Part shown: positions 27,150 to 36,397 of the stretch, piece after piece
How positions within the stretch are numbered: position 1 is the stretch's first letter
How the letters are laid out: the number at the start of each line of letters is the position of its first letter
From: Pseudomonadota bacterium
Lineage (GTDB): Bacteria; UBA10199; 2-02-FULL-44-16; JAAZCA01
Length of the DNA: 54,717 nucleotides
Direction: 5' to 3'
Assembly (NCBI GenBank): GCA_016927275.1
Contig: JAFGMW010000064.1
Span: 1 to 54,717 of the forward strand
Made by a program: the position numbers and the translations under genes
Notes under the pieces: model-generated
What the model saw: the letters and a program-made list of their open reading frames with translations, nothing else
Told to the model about the DNA's origin: nothing
The model's database searches: none

Positions 27150-28240
27150 TAACAGGGGTTCTGTACGAATCCATGTCCCTGCTGTACCAGATGGCGCCCT
27201 ACCTGCTCTTCGGCTTTTTCTTCGCAGGGATACTGCACGCCTTCATATCGCTGGAGTGGATCGCGAGGCACCTGGGCAAAAGCGGCATAGGCTCGGTGGT
27301 CAAATCGGTGGTGCTCGGAATACCGCTCCCGCTGTGCTCCTGCGGCGTCATACCGGCCGCCATGATGCTGAACAAGAAGGGGGCGAGCCGCGGCTCCGTG
27401 GTGAGCTTTCTGATCGCCACGCCGATAACCGGCGTGGACTCGATACTCGCTACCTACTCGCTCATGGGCCTCTTCTTCACCGTCTTTCGGGTGATCTCCT
27501 CCGCGGTCACGGCGATCGTGGCCGGGATCATGGGGAACCTCTTTCTCGCCACCAGGCACGAGCCTCTGGCCCAGGGGCCCGACCTTTCGAAGGAGGGTGA
27601 GCGCTGCCGCGTGTGCGGGCACGAGGGGCATGAGATCAACGAGCGAGCGAGGTGCGAGAAGCCCCAGTGGTGGCGGATGGGCAGGATCTACGAGATGATC
27701 CGTTACGCCTTCGGCGAGCTGCTGGCCGACATATGGCGGTGGCTCGTCGTGGGCCTGCTCATCGGAGGGATCATCTCCTACGCCGTGCCCGACGAGCTTA
27801 TCACCCGCTACCTCGGCTCCCCGTTTCTCTCCATGATCGTGATGCTGCTGGTGGGAATCCCGATGTACGTCTGCTCCACGGGGTCCCTGCCCATCGCCGC
27901 GGCGCTCATGCTCAAGGGGATGAGCCCTGGCGCCGCCATGGTGTTTCTGCTCGCGGGGCCGGCCACGAACGCGGTCACCATCACGGTGGTGGCAAAGGAG
28001 CTGGGCAGGGGCGCGGCGTCGATCTACGTGGCCACCATCGCGGTGATGAGCGTCGCCTTCGGATTCGCGCTCAACTGGCTCTGGTACGGTGCCGGGATGT
28101 CGGCGCAAGTCGTCCACCATGTCGGGTTCGCGCTCCCGGCGTGGGCGGAGAAGGTCTCTGCGGTCCTTTTCCTCGCGCTCGTCCTCAACGTGGCGGTGCG
28201 GGGCATAATAAAGAGCTCAAAGGTGAAAGGTGAAAGGTGA
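27140..28240 (+). CDS. DUF318-family predicted permease with Cys/His loop
   Basis: PLPLCSCGVIP and PMYVCSTGSLP repeats, FLLAGPATN; central CRVCGHEGHE loop. Confidence 0.85.
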   Translation: MHVITGVLYESMSLLYQMAPYLLFGFFFAGILHAFISLEWIARHLGKSGIGSVVKSVVLGIPLPLCSCGVIPAAMMLNKKGASRGSVVSFLIATPITGVDSILATYSLMGLFFTVFRVISSAVTAIVAGIMGNLFLATRHEPLAQGPDLSKEGERCRVCGHEGHEINERARCEKPQWWRMGRIYEMIRYAFGELLADIWRWLVVGLLIGGIISYAVPDELITRYLGSPFLSMIVMLLVGIPMYVCSTGSLPIAAALMLKGMSPGAAMVFLLAGPATNAVTITVVAKELGRGAASIYVATIAVMSVAFGFALNWLWYGAGMSAQVVHHVGFALPAWAEKVSAVLFLALVLNVAVRGIIKSSKVKGER

Positions 28241-28251
28241 AAGGTGAAAGG
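28219..28251 (+). repeat. Heptamer tandem array (AAAGGTG)x4
   Basis: Spans the permease TGA (28238-28240) and abuts the tkt start. Confidence 0.9.
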
Positions 28252-28255
28252 GGTT

Positions 28256-30244
28256 ATGATGAAGGGGAAGATCGACGAGCTGTGCGTGAACGCGTTGAGG
28301 ATGCTGGCCATAGACGCGGTGGACCGCGCAAAGTCAGGGCACCCGGGCATGCCGCTCGGCGCCGCCCCCATGGCGTACGCCCTCTGGACCGGCTTCCTCA
28401 GGCACAATCCCGCAAATCCCGCCTGGTTCGGCCGCGACCGATTCATACTCTCGGCGGGCCACGGCTCCGCGCTCCTCTATGCGTTGCTTAATCTTTCAGG
28501 TCACGACCTCTCCATGGAGGAGATAAAGAACTTCAGGCAATACGGCAGCCGCACTCCCGGCCATCCTGAGCGCTGCGCCGGCTGCGGCATCGAGGTCACC
28601 ACGGGGCCCCTCGGCCAGGGGTTCGCGATGGGGGTCGGCATGGCCATGGCCGAGCGATTCATGGCGGCCCGCTACAACAGGCCCGGGCTCAATGTCATCG
28701 ATCATCACACATGCTCGATAATTTCGGACGGCGACCTCATGGAGGGGGTGTCCTCGGAGGCGGCCTCTATCGCGGGACACCTCAAGCTCGGAAAGCTGAT
28801 CTATCTCTACGACGACAACCACATCTCCATCGAGGGGAGCACCGATCTCGCGTTCTCCGAGGACGTGCTGCGCCGCTTCGACGCCTGCGGCTGGCACACG
28901 GAGCGGGTGAAGGACGGCAACGACCTGGCCGCGATCGCAAAGGCGATCGGGAGGGCGAGGGCGGAGGGCGAGCGGCCGTCGCTGATCGCGGTGCGCACCC
29001 ACATCGGATTCGGCAGCCCGAAGCATGACACCGCCTCTGCGCACGGCGAGCCGCTGGGCGCGGAGGCCAACCGGGCGACGCGGGAGTTCTTCGGCTGGCA
29101 GCGCGCGCCGTTCGAGGTGCCGGAGGAGGTGCGCGGGCGCTTCGCGAAGGCGGCAGAGGAGGGCGCCCGCCGCGAGGGGGAGTGGAACGGGCTGATGCAG
29201 CGCTACCGCGAGAAGCACCCCGAGGATGCGGCGAGGCTCGATGACGAGATCGCGGGGAGACTGCCTGCGGGATGGGAGGAGGTTCTGCCCGCCTTCGAGG
29301 CCGGGAAGGCCGTTGCCACGCGCGCGGCGTCCGGGAAGGCGATCAACGCACTGGCCAGGGCGCTGCCGAACCTCATCGGCGGGTCGGCCGATCTAGGCCC
29401 CTCCAACAAGAGCACGATCGACGGCGGCGGCGACTTCGAGGCGGCGAACCACGCGGGCCGCAACATCCACTTCGGCGTGCGCGAGCATGCCATGGGCGCG
29501 ATCGTGAACGGCCTTGCCGTGCACGGCGGCATCATCCCGTTCGGCGCGACGTTCCTCGTCTTCTCCGATTATATGCGGCCGTCGATCAGGATAGCGGCCC
29601 TGATGCAGTCGCGCTCCATCTTCGTCTTCACGCACGACTCGCTCGGCATCGGCGAGGACGGCCCCACCCACCAGCCGATAGAGCACCTTGCCTCGCTGCG
29701 CGCCATGCCCGGGATAGTCGTGATCCGCCCTGCGGACGCGAACGAGACCGCGGCCGCATGGCGATGGGCGATATCGAGCGGACGGCCTGTGGCGCTGGCG
29801 CTCTCGCGGCAGAACCTGCCGGTGCTCGACCGCGATGCGGTGGAGCGGGCAGGCGGGGTGGAGAGGGGCGCCTACGTCCTCTCCGAATGCGAGGGCGAGC
29901 CCGACGCCATAATCATCGCCACCGGCTCCGAGGTGCACCTGGCGCTGGAGGCGCAGTGCTGGCTCCTCTCCGAGCATATCCCCGTGCGCGTGGTCTCCAT
30001 GCCGTCGTGGGAGCTCTTCGAGGAGCAGCCGGAGGGGTATCGGGACTCGGTGCTCCCCCCCTCCGTGAAGGCCAGGGTCGCCGTGGAGGCGGGGGCCACC
30101 TTCGGCTGGAGCCGCTGGGTGGGGGAGTCGGGCCGCGTGGTCGGCGTCGACCGCTTCGGCGCCTCGGCGCCGGGAGAGGTGGCCATGGAGCGGCTGGGCA
30201 TCACCGCCGACGCTGTGATCAGGGCGGTGAAGGAGATCCTCTGA
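28256..30244 (+). CDS. tkt: Transketolase
   Basis: [28 protein letters not shown]…[24 protein letters not shown]. Confidence 0.97.
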   Translation: MMKGKIDELCVNALRMLAIDAVDRAKSGHPGMPLGAAPMAYALWTGFLRHNPANPAWFGRDRFILSAGHGSALLYALLNLSGHDLSMEEIKNFRQYGSRTPGHPERCAGCGIEVTTGPLGQGFAMGVGMAMAERFMAARYNRPGLNVIDHHTCSIISDGDLMEGVSSEAASIAGHLKLGKLIYLYDDNHISIEGSTDLAFSEDVLRRFDACGWHTERVKDGNDLAAIAKAIGRARAEGERPSLIAVRTHIGFGSPKHDTASAHGEPLGAEANRATREFFGWQRAPFEVPEEVRGRFAKAAEEGARREGEWNGLMQRYREKHPEDAARLDDEIAGRLPAGWEEVLPAFEAGKAVATRAASGKAINALARALPNLIGGSADLGPSNKSTIDGGGDFEAANHAGRNIHFGVREHAMGAIVNGLAVHGGIIPFGATFLVFSDYMRPSIRIAALMQSRSIFVFTHDSLGIGEDGPTHQPIEHLASLRAMPGIVVIRPADANETAAAWRWAISSGRPVALALSRQNLPVLDRDAVERAGGVERGAYVLSECEGEPDAIIIATGSEVHLALEAQCWLLSEHIPVRVVSMPSWELFEEQPEGYRDSVLPPSVKARVAVEAGATFGWSRWVGESGRVVGVDRFGASAPGEVAMERLGITADAVIRAVKEIL

Positions 30245-30287
30245 TCAGAAAGGACGCAACTTTCGGGCGGCGGTCCCGATAAAGAGG

Positions 30288-31139
30288 GTGATGCGCTCAA
30301 TCTTCCCGTCATGGATGGGTCTTCAGCCGGCGCCCGCGTTTGCAGCGGCCGGCATGTCGGCACGGGCGCCGTTTCGTCCCTCCGGCGCGTCAGGTCTTTT
30401 GGACTCCTTCGTGAAAGGCGGCGATACGACTGCCGTCGGCAGAGATGGGCCTGGGCCTTTGCGCGCCTCCCTCTTCGCCGCCGCCCCGACCGAGGAGTTT
30501 TGTCAGGCCCCCACGGCGGCCGGTGTGTCAGCGGACGCAGCGATAGCTGCCGCGGCCGCAGCCGCCTCCGCGAAGGCGGTGAGCGCCTACTCGGTCTACA
30601 TGGCCTTCTACACCATGCGCACGCTCCAAAAGGTGATACTGGACGACGAGGAGCTTGTGAAGGTGATCTCATTCAGGTCGTGGATCAAGGAGGTGAGCCC
30701 CATGGAGCGCCAGGCCATGAAGGGGACCGTGGCCGGCCTGGAATCCAGGGAGGAGGAACTCGAGGCGCTCAGGGAGGCGCTCGGACAGAAGGGTCCGCTT
30801 ACAAAGAGGATCAGGGAGCTTTGCCGCACCCTCTTCGGCCTGAGAGGGGCCGAAGGGCCCAAGCCCTCCGCAATCTCATCCGCCTCGACGCTGGGGCTCT
30901 CGGGAAAGATAAAGACCCTGTGGGCGAGAAAGCGCGAGCTGGAAGCGGATGTGGCGCGGGCGAGGATCGCGAAGGAGTGGTTCGAGCGCACCGCATGGTC
31001 GCACTACGGCTACATAAGGTTCACCGATGCGGGCTGGAAGATCCTCGAGATCCTCGACCGGCACAGGGAGGACCCCAGGATGAACGACATGAACATAGAC
31101 GATTACCTGGCCCTGCTGGCCAAAGAATCCAAGCGCTGA
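30288..31139 (+). CDS. Hypothetical protein (Ala-rich N half, coiled-coil C half)
   Basis: Long ORF filling the gap between tkt and the convergent gene; host-like codons in the 3' half. Confidence 0.6.
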   Translation: MMRSIFPSWMGLQPAPAFAAAGMSARAPFRPSGASGLLDSFVKGGDTTAVGRDGPGPLRASLFAAAPTEEFCQAPTAAGVSADAAIAAAAAAASAKAVSAYSVYMAFYTMRTLQKVILDDEELVKVISFRSWIKEVSPMERQAMKGTVAGLESREEELEALREALGQKGPLTKRIRELCRTLFGLRGAEGPKPSAISSASTLGLSGKIKTLWARKRELEADVARARIAKEWFERTAWSHYGYIRFTDAGWKILEILDRHREDPRMNDMNIDDYLALLAKESKR

Positions 31140-32078
31140 TCACCCCTCCTCGTCGAGGCACCTCTCGCCGGCGCGGCGGCGGGGCCCCAGCGCATCCCTT
31201 TCGCCCCTCGGAAATATCACGAACTTCTTCACCATGTGGTCGGGGTGGTAGCTCTCCTTGGCCTTTCTCAGTCCCGGGATCCCCACGTCCTGCTCGCGGT
31301 TGACGAACTCAAACCGGGACAGCCCGTTCTTGCAGTACCAGTGATTGATCAGCTGGTACAGCCCCTTGAACTGGGGCATCGCCTTCTCGACGTGTATGAC
31401 CGCGGTGTTTTCGTTCAGGCGCTGGCCGACCGTGAAGGCCTCTATGCGGCCGTCGATGCGGATAGCGGCCCCGGTCACGCTGAGATTGTCGAACTCCTCC
31501 AGAACAGTCTTCACGGCCCGGTACTCGCTGCACAGCCCACGGTCGTCACGGCATCTGCGCCAGTCGCACCAGCGATCCATCATCGGCCGCAGCTCGTGAA
31601 GGTTTTTCGGGGATATCTCCTCGTATGTGCAGTCGTATTCGGCAAGGCACTGGGCGATGAGATTGCGCTTGCTGTGGTACCTCCTGCCGGCGAGCTCCGC
31701 CAGGTCTTCCCTTCGGTAGACATAGTCGTAGAGGTCCGCCTCCTCCTCGATCTGCCAGCCTTGGCCGGGAACCGAATGCGCCCGCGCCTCTCCGATCCGC
31801 TCGAAGCCCGCCACTTTTTTACCCGTCGCCCCCTCCACCTCTCTTGCAGCTTCGGCAAGGGGGATGGGCCCTATCGGCGAGCCGACGAGCACCACCCCGC
31901 GGTCGCGCTCATCGAACAGGACGAGGGAATCGTCCGCGTCCAGCGCCTGGAAAGGGTGGGAATCGCTCCACATGAACATGTTCGTGAAGGTCTGTTCGGA
32001 GAGCACAGTGGGGTAGCGGGCCAGCCTATCCTCATAGACGGCCCTCTGGTCGAGGGAAATCGGTCCCAGCATCTTCAT
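31140..32078 (-). CDS. DUF2156 / phosphatidylglycerol lysyltransferase C-terminal-like protein
   Basis: DYVY…LAELAGRRYHSKRN, IHVEKA, FVNREQDVGIPGLRKAKESYHP. Confidence 0.88.
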   Translation of the reverse strand: MKMLGPISLDQRAVYEDRLARYPTVLSEQTFTNMFMWSDSHPFQALDADDSLVLFDERDRGVVLVGSPIGPIPLAEAAREVEGATGKKVAGFERIGEARAHSVPGQGWQIEEEADLYDYVYRREDLAELAGRRYHSKRNLIAQCLAEYDCTYEEISPKNLHELRPMMDRWCDWRRCRDDRGLCSEYRAVKTVLEEFDNLSVTGAAIRIDGRIEAFTVGQRLNENTAVIHVEKAMPQFKGLYQLINHWYCKNGLSRFEFVNREQDVGIPGLRKAKESYHPDHMVKKFVIFPRGERDALGPRRRAGERCLDEEG

Positions 32079-32206
32079 CTCGGTGCCTCTCCGCTGCCGT
32101 TACGGGAGCCCCTGCTGTATCCCATTGATATCAGATGTCAAACTTGTAATCATCGCGCCCGGATGCTACATGGTGGCATCATTATAATAGACACGGAGGC
32201 GACCCG

Positions 32207-33109
32207 ATGCAGATAGGCATGATCGGACTTGGCCGCATGGGGATGAACATGGTCCGCCGCCTCGTCAAGGGCGGCCACGAGGTCGTGGTCTACAACCGCA
32301 CGCAGGACAAGGTGCGCGCGATGGAGGCGGAGGGGGCCGGGGGCGCCGCATCGATCGAGGACCTCGCGGCCAAGCTCGCGAAGCCACGCGTGGTCTGGCT
32401 CATGCTCCCGGCCGGCAAGGTGACCGAGGAGCACATCGCCGCGCTTGCCGGCAAGCTCTCCGAGGGGGACCTCGTCGTGGACGGCGGAAACTCGTGGTTC
32501 GAGCACGACAACGAGCGCGCGTACGCGCTCGGCGCCAGGGGCATACGCTACCTGGACGCCGGCGTCTCGGGCGGCGTGTGGGGGCTCAAGGTCGGATACT
32601 GCACGATGGTGGGGGGCGAGAGGTCCGACTTCGACACGATCGAGCCGGTGCTGAAATCGCTTGCCCCCGAGGGGGGCTATATGCACTGCGGCCCTGCGGG
32701 GGCCGGCCACTTCGTCAAGATGGTGCACAACGGCATCGAGTACGCCATGATGCAGGCCTACGGCGAGGGGTTCGAGATCATGAAGGCCTCGCGCTTCGGC
32801 GAGGGTCTGGACCTCTCCGCGGTGGCGCGCATCTGGAACCGGGGGAGCGTGGTGCGCTCGTGGCTTCTTGAGCTGCTCGAGTCGGCGCTGGCAAAGGACC
32901 CAGGGCTCGCGGGGATAAGTGGATATGTCGAGGACTCGGGCGAGGGACGCTGGACCGTGCAGCAGGCGATGGACTCCGGCGTGCCCGCCACGTCGATCGC
33001 GCACGCGCTCTTCGCCAGGTTCCGCTCCCGCGAGCGGGACTCGTTCTCGGACAAGGTTCTGGCCGCGCTGCGGGGCGAGTTCGGCGGGCACGAGGTGAAG
33101 AAGGCCTGA
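32207..33109 (+). CDS. gnd: 6-phosphogluconate dehydrogenase (decarboxylating, short YqeC type)
   Basis: GLGRMG, DGGNS, DAGVSGG, GHFVKMVHNGIEY, DSGEGRWT, FGGH. Confidence 0.96.
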   Translation: MQIGMIGLGRMGMNMVRRLVKGGHEVVVYNRTQDKVRAMEAEGAGGAASIEDLAAKLAKPRVVWLMLPAGKVTEEHIAALAGKLSEGDLVVDGGNSWFEHDNERAYALGARGIRYLDAGVSGGVWGLKVGYCTMVGGERSDFDTIEPVLKSLAPEGGYMHCGPAGAGHFVKMVHNGIEYAMMQAYGEGFEIMKASRFGEGLDLSAVARIWNRGSVVRSWLLELLESALAKDPGLAGISGYVEDSGEGRWTVQQAMDSGVPATSIAHALFARFRSRERDSFSDKVLAALRGEFGGHEVKKA

Positions 33110-33127
33110 TGGGATGACGGGGGGATC

Positions 33128-34636
33128 ATGGCCGAGTTTCGGACACAGCTCAGAGAGACCTCGAACCTCTGCGTGGAGGAGAGGCCGGGGCCCTGCACCA
33201 TGGTCATCTTCGGCGCCTCGGGCGATCTTGCCAGGAGAAAGCTCATCCCAGCCGTCTACAACCTCCACAGGCGCGAGCTGCTCCCTGAGAAGTTCGAGGT
33301 CGTGGGCTTCGCGCGCAGCGGGATCTCCGACGTCGATTTCAGGGCGCGCGTGGTCGATGCGGTGCGCGCCTGCTGCCTGGGCGTCTCCTCGAGAGAAGTT
33401 GAGCGGTTTTCAACGAACTTTCATTATCAGAGGGGAGAATACAACGACGCGGAGGCGTACCGATCGCTCGCCAGGACGCTCTCCGACTTTGGCGCGCGCA
33501 GGGCTGCGGGCGGCTGCCACGTATTCTACCTCGCCACCCCGCCGAGGCTCGCCCCCGAGATAGTTGCGCATCTGGCCGGCGCCGGCCTTCTCGCGGAGTG
33601 CACCGAGGGGCCGGCCTGCTCGCGCGTGGTGGTGGAGAAGCCGTTCGGCTTCGACCTTGCGAGCGCGCGGGAGCTCGACCAAAGGCTCGCCGAGCACCTG
33701 GACGAGCGCCAGATCTACCGCATAGACCACTACGTGGGCAAGGAGACGGTCCAGAACATGCTCATGTTCCGGTTCGCCAACGCGATCTTCGAGCCGGTGT
33801 GGGACGCGCACTACATCGACCAGGTGCAGATAACCACCGCCGAGTCGGAGGGTGTGGAGGGGAGGGCCGGCTACTTCGACGAGGCCGGCGCGCTCCGCGA
33901 CGTGTTCCAGAACCACATGCTCCAGATGATGGCCACCGTGGCCATGGAGCCGCCGTCCTCCTTCGACGCGAAGAGCGTGCGCGACGAGAAGACGAGGATC
34001 CTCAGGGCGATCAGGCACATCGACCCTTCGAAACCGTGCGCAGGCGTTGTGCGCGGGCAGTACGAGGGCTATCCCGCGGAGGAGGGCGTGGCCCCCGGCT
34101 CGCAGACCGAGACATACGTAGCGGCCGAGCTCCGCGTGGAGAACACGAGGTGGCAGGGGGTGCCGTTCTACCTGCGCACCGGAAAGCGCCTTTGCCGCCG
34201 CGCCAGCGAGATCGCCATATTCTTCAGGCGGGTCCACGACTCGATGTTCGCTCCGTTTCTCCCCGACGACATCTGCCCGAACGTGCTCGTGTTCAACGTC
34301 CAGCCCGACGAGGGGGTCTCGCTGTCGATACAGGCCAAGGGCCCGGGCCCCAAGCTCTGCATGGGCACCCTCTCGATGGAGTTCAGGTACAGGGCGGCGG
34401 GGCTCGACCTGCCCGACGCCTACGAGCGGCTCCTGCTCGACTGCATGCAGGGGGACCAGACGCTGTTCATCCGCAGCGACGCGCTCGAGGCGGCATGGTC
34501 GATCGTGGACCCGATACGAAGGGGCTGGGACGCCGGCCTCGGGTGCCCGTTGATCCGCTATCCGGCCGGTTCAGAGGGGCCGGCTGAGGCCGCATCCATC
34601 CCGGCGAGGATCGGCCGCGCCTGGAGGCCGATCTGA
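33128..34636 (+). CDS. zwf: Glucose-6-phosphate 1-dehydrogenase
   Basis: GASGDLARRK, EKPFG, RIDHYVGKE, DVFQNH, RWQGVPF, DAYERL. Confidence 0.96.
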   Translation: MAEFRTQLRETSNLCVEERPGPCTMVIFGASGDLARRKLIPAVYNLHRRELLPEKFEVVGFARSGISDVDFRARVVDAVRACCLGVSSREVERFSTNFHYQRGEYNDAEAYRSLARTLSDFGARRAAGGCHVFYLATPPRLAPEIVAHLAGAGLLAECTEGPACSRVVVEKPFGFDLASARELDQRLAEHLDERQIYRIDHYVGKETVQNMLMFRFANAIFEPVWDAHYIDQVQITTAESEGVEGRAGYFDEAGALRDVFQNHMLQMMATVAMEPPSSFDAKSVRDEKTRILRAIRHIDPSKPCAGVVRGQYEGYPAEEGVAPGSQTETYVAAELRVENTRWQGVPFYLRTGKRLCRRASEIAIFFRRVHDSMFAPFLPDDICPNVLVFNVQPDEGVSLSIQAKGPGPKLCMGTLSMEFRYRAAGLDLPDAYERLLLDCMQGDQTLFIRSDALEAAWSIVDPIRRGWDAGLGCPLIRYPAGSEGPAEAASIPARIGRAWRPI

Positions 34637-34691
34637 AGCAAGGCAGCTCGGCTAGGCTCTGCGGTTTGTCGTTGCATTATAGTAAGTGATG

Positions 34692-34707
34692 GACTTGTAT
34701 ACAACTC
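34692..34707. promoter_or_regulatory. Palindromic operator candidate upstream of hcp
   Basis: GACTTGTATACAACTC with a perfect 10-bp core TTGTATACAA, about 30 bp before the hcp ATG. Confidence 0.45.
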
Positions 34708-34737
34708 GCAGTCAAACCGTCGATTCGGGAGGGGACC

Positions 34738-36387
34738 ATGGAAATGTTCTGCTATCAGTGCGAACAGAGGGCAAAGGACACCGGCTGCACGGTCCAGGGG
34801 GTGTGCGGCAAGTCGCCTGAGGTCTCCTCGCTCATCGACCTCGCCGTGCACGGGGTGAAGGGCGTGGCGCAGTACGCGCATCGCGCTCGCGCGCTCGGCG
34901 CGCGCGACCGGGAGGTCGATCTCGCGGTCACGGAGGCGCTGTTCTCCACGGTCACCAACGTCAACTTCGACCCCGAACGCTACGTGAAACTCCTTGCCCG
35001 CGTGGCAGCTGCGCGCGACCGGGCGAAGGCGATCTACGAAGATGCGTGCGGAAAGGCAGGCAGGGCGCCCGAAAATGTCACGGGCCCTGCGGAGTGGAGG
35101 CCGGCTGCAGACCTCGCGGGCCTCGAGAAGCAGGGGCTCGAGGTGGGGATCAAGAAGAGGATGGCGAAGCACGGCGAGGACGTGGCGGGCCTCATGGAGC
35201 TGGTCACCTACGGGCTCAAGGGCATGGCGGCCTACGCGGACCACGCGCAGATACTCGGCCGCGAGGACGAGTGCGTCTACGCCTTCTTCCACGAGGCGCT
35301 GTGCTACCTCGCCGAGGGGAAGGAGGACGCGAACGAGCTCACGGCCATGGCGCTGCGCACCGGCGAGACGAACCTGCGCGTGATGGAGCTGCTCGACGCG
35401 GCAAACACCGGCGCGTACGGGAATCCCGCTCCGACGAAGGTCCGCATCGAGCCCGTGAAGGGCAAGGCCATCCTCGTCTCCGGCCACGACCTCCGCGACC
35501 TCGAGGAACTGCTCAAGCAGACCGAGGGCAAGGGTATAAACGTCTACACGCACGGCGAGATGCTGCCCTGCCACGGATACCCTGGGCTCAGGAAATTCAA
35601 ACACCTGGCAGGCAACTACGGCGGGGCGTGGCAGGACCAGCAGAGGGAGTTCGACAGGTTCCCCGGCGCGATCCTCATGACCACCAACTGCATCCAGAGG
35701 CCGCAGGGCTCCTACAAGGCGCGCATATTCACCTCGGGGCTTGTCGCCTGGCCGGGGGTCAGGCACATCTCCGACCGCAACTTTGGCCCGGTGATCGAGG
35801 CTGCGCAGATGGCGGAGGGGTTTCCCGAGGACGGCCCCGAGAGATACATCACGGTCGGATTCGGCCACAACGCGGTGATGGGGGTCGCGGACACGGTGGT
35901 GGATGCTGTGAAGGCTGGGAAGATAAAGCACTTCTTCCTGATCGGCGGGTGCGACGGCGCAAAGAGCGGCCGCAACTACTACACGGAGTTTGCGGAGAAG
36001 GTGCCGAAGGATTGCGTGATACTGACGCTGGCTTGCGGCAAGTACCGCTTCAACAAGCTCGATTTTGGCGACATAGGCGGGATACCGCGCCTCATCGACT
36101 GCGGACAGTGCAACGACGCATACTCGGCGATACAGATCGCGGTCGCGCTCTCAAAGGCCTTCAATTGCGGCGTGAACGACCTGCCGCTCTCGCTCGTGCT
36201 CTCGTGGTACGAGCAGAAGGCGGTGGCTATCCTGCTCACGCTGCTCCACCTCGGCATAAGGGACATGCGCCTGGGGCCCACGCTGCCCGCGTTCGTGACT
36301 CCCGCGGTCTTCAAGGTCCTGGTCGAAAAATTCAACATCATGCCGATCACCACGCCAGATGAGGATTTGAGGAAGATACTCGGGTAG
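34738..36387 (+). CDS. hcp: Hybrid cluster protein (hydroxylamine reductase), class I spacing
   Basis: CYQCEQRAKDTGCTVQGVCGK (C-x2-C-x8-C-x5-C), YTHGEMLP, TTNC, GGCDG, GQCND. Confidence 0.96.
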   Translation: MEMFCYQCEQRAKDTGCTVQGVCGKSPEVSSLIDLAVHGVKGVAQYAHRARALGARDREVDLAVTEALFSTVTNVNFDPERYVKLLARVAAARDRAKAIYEDACGKAGRAPENVTGPAEWRPAADLAGLEKQGLEVGIKKRMAKHGEDVAGLMELVTYGLKGMAAYADHAQILGREDECVYAFFHEALCYLAEGKEDANELTAMALRTGETNLRVMELLDAANTGAYGNPAPTKVRIEPVKGKAILVSGHDLRDLEELLKQTEGKGINVYTHGEMLPCHGYPGLRKFKHLAGNYGGAWQDQQREFDRFPGAILMTTNCIQRPQGSYKARIFTSGLVAWPGVRHISDRNFGPVIEAAQMAEGFPEDGPERYITVGFGHNAVMGVADTVVDAVKAGKIKHFFLIGGCDGAKSGRNYYTEFAEKVPKDCVILTLACGKYRFNKLDFGDIGGIPRLIDCGQCNDAYSAIQIAVALSKAFNCGVNDLPLSLVLSWYEQKAVAILLTLLHLGIRDMRLGPTLPAFVTPAVFKVLVEKFNIMPITTPDEDLRKILG

Positions 36388-36397
36388 GGATCGGTGA

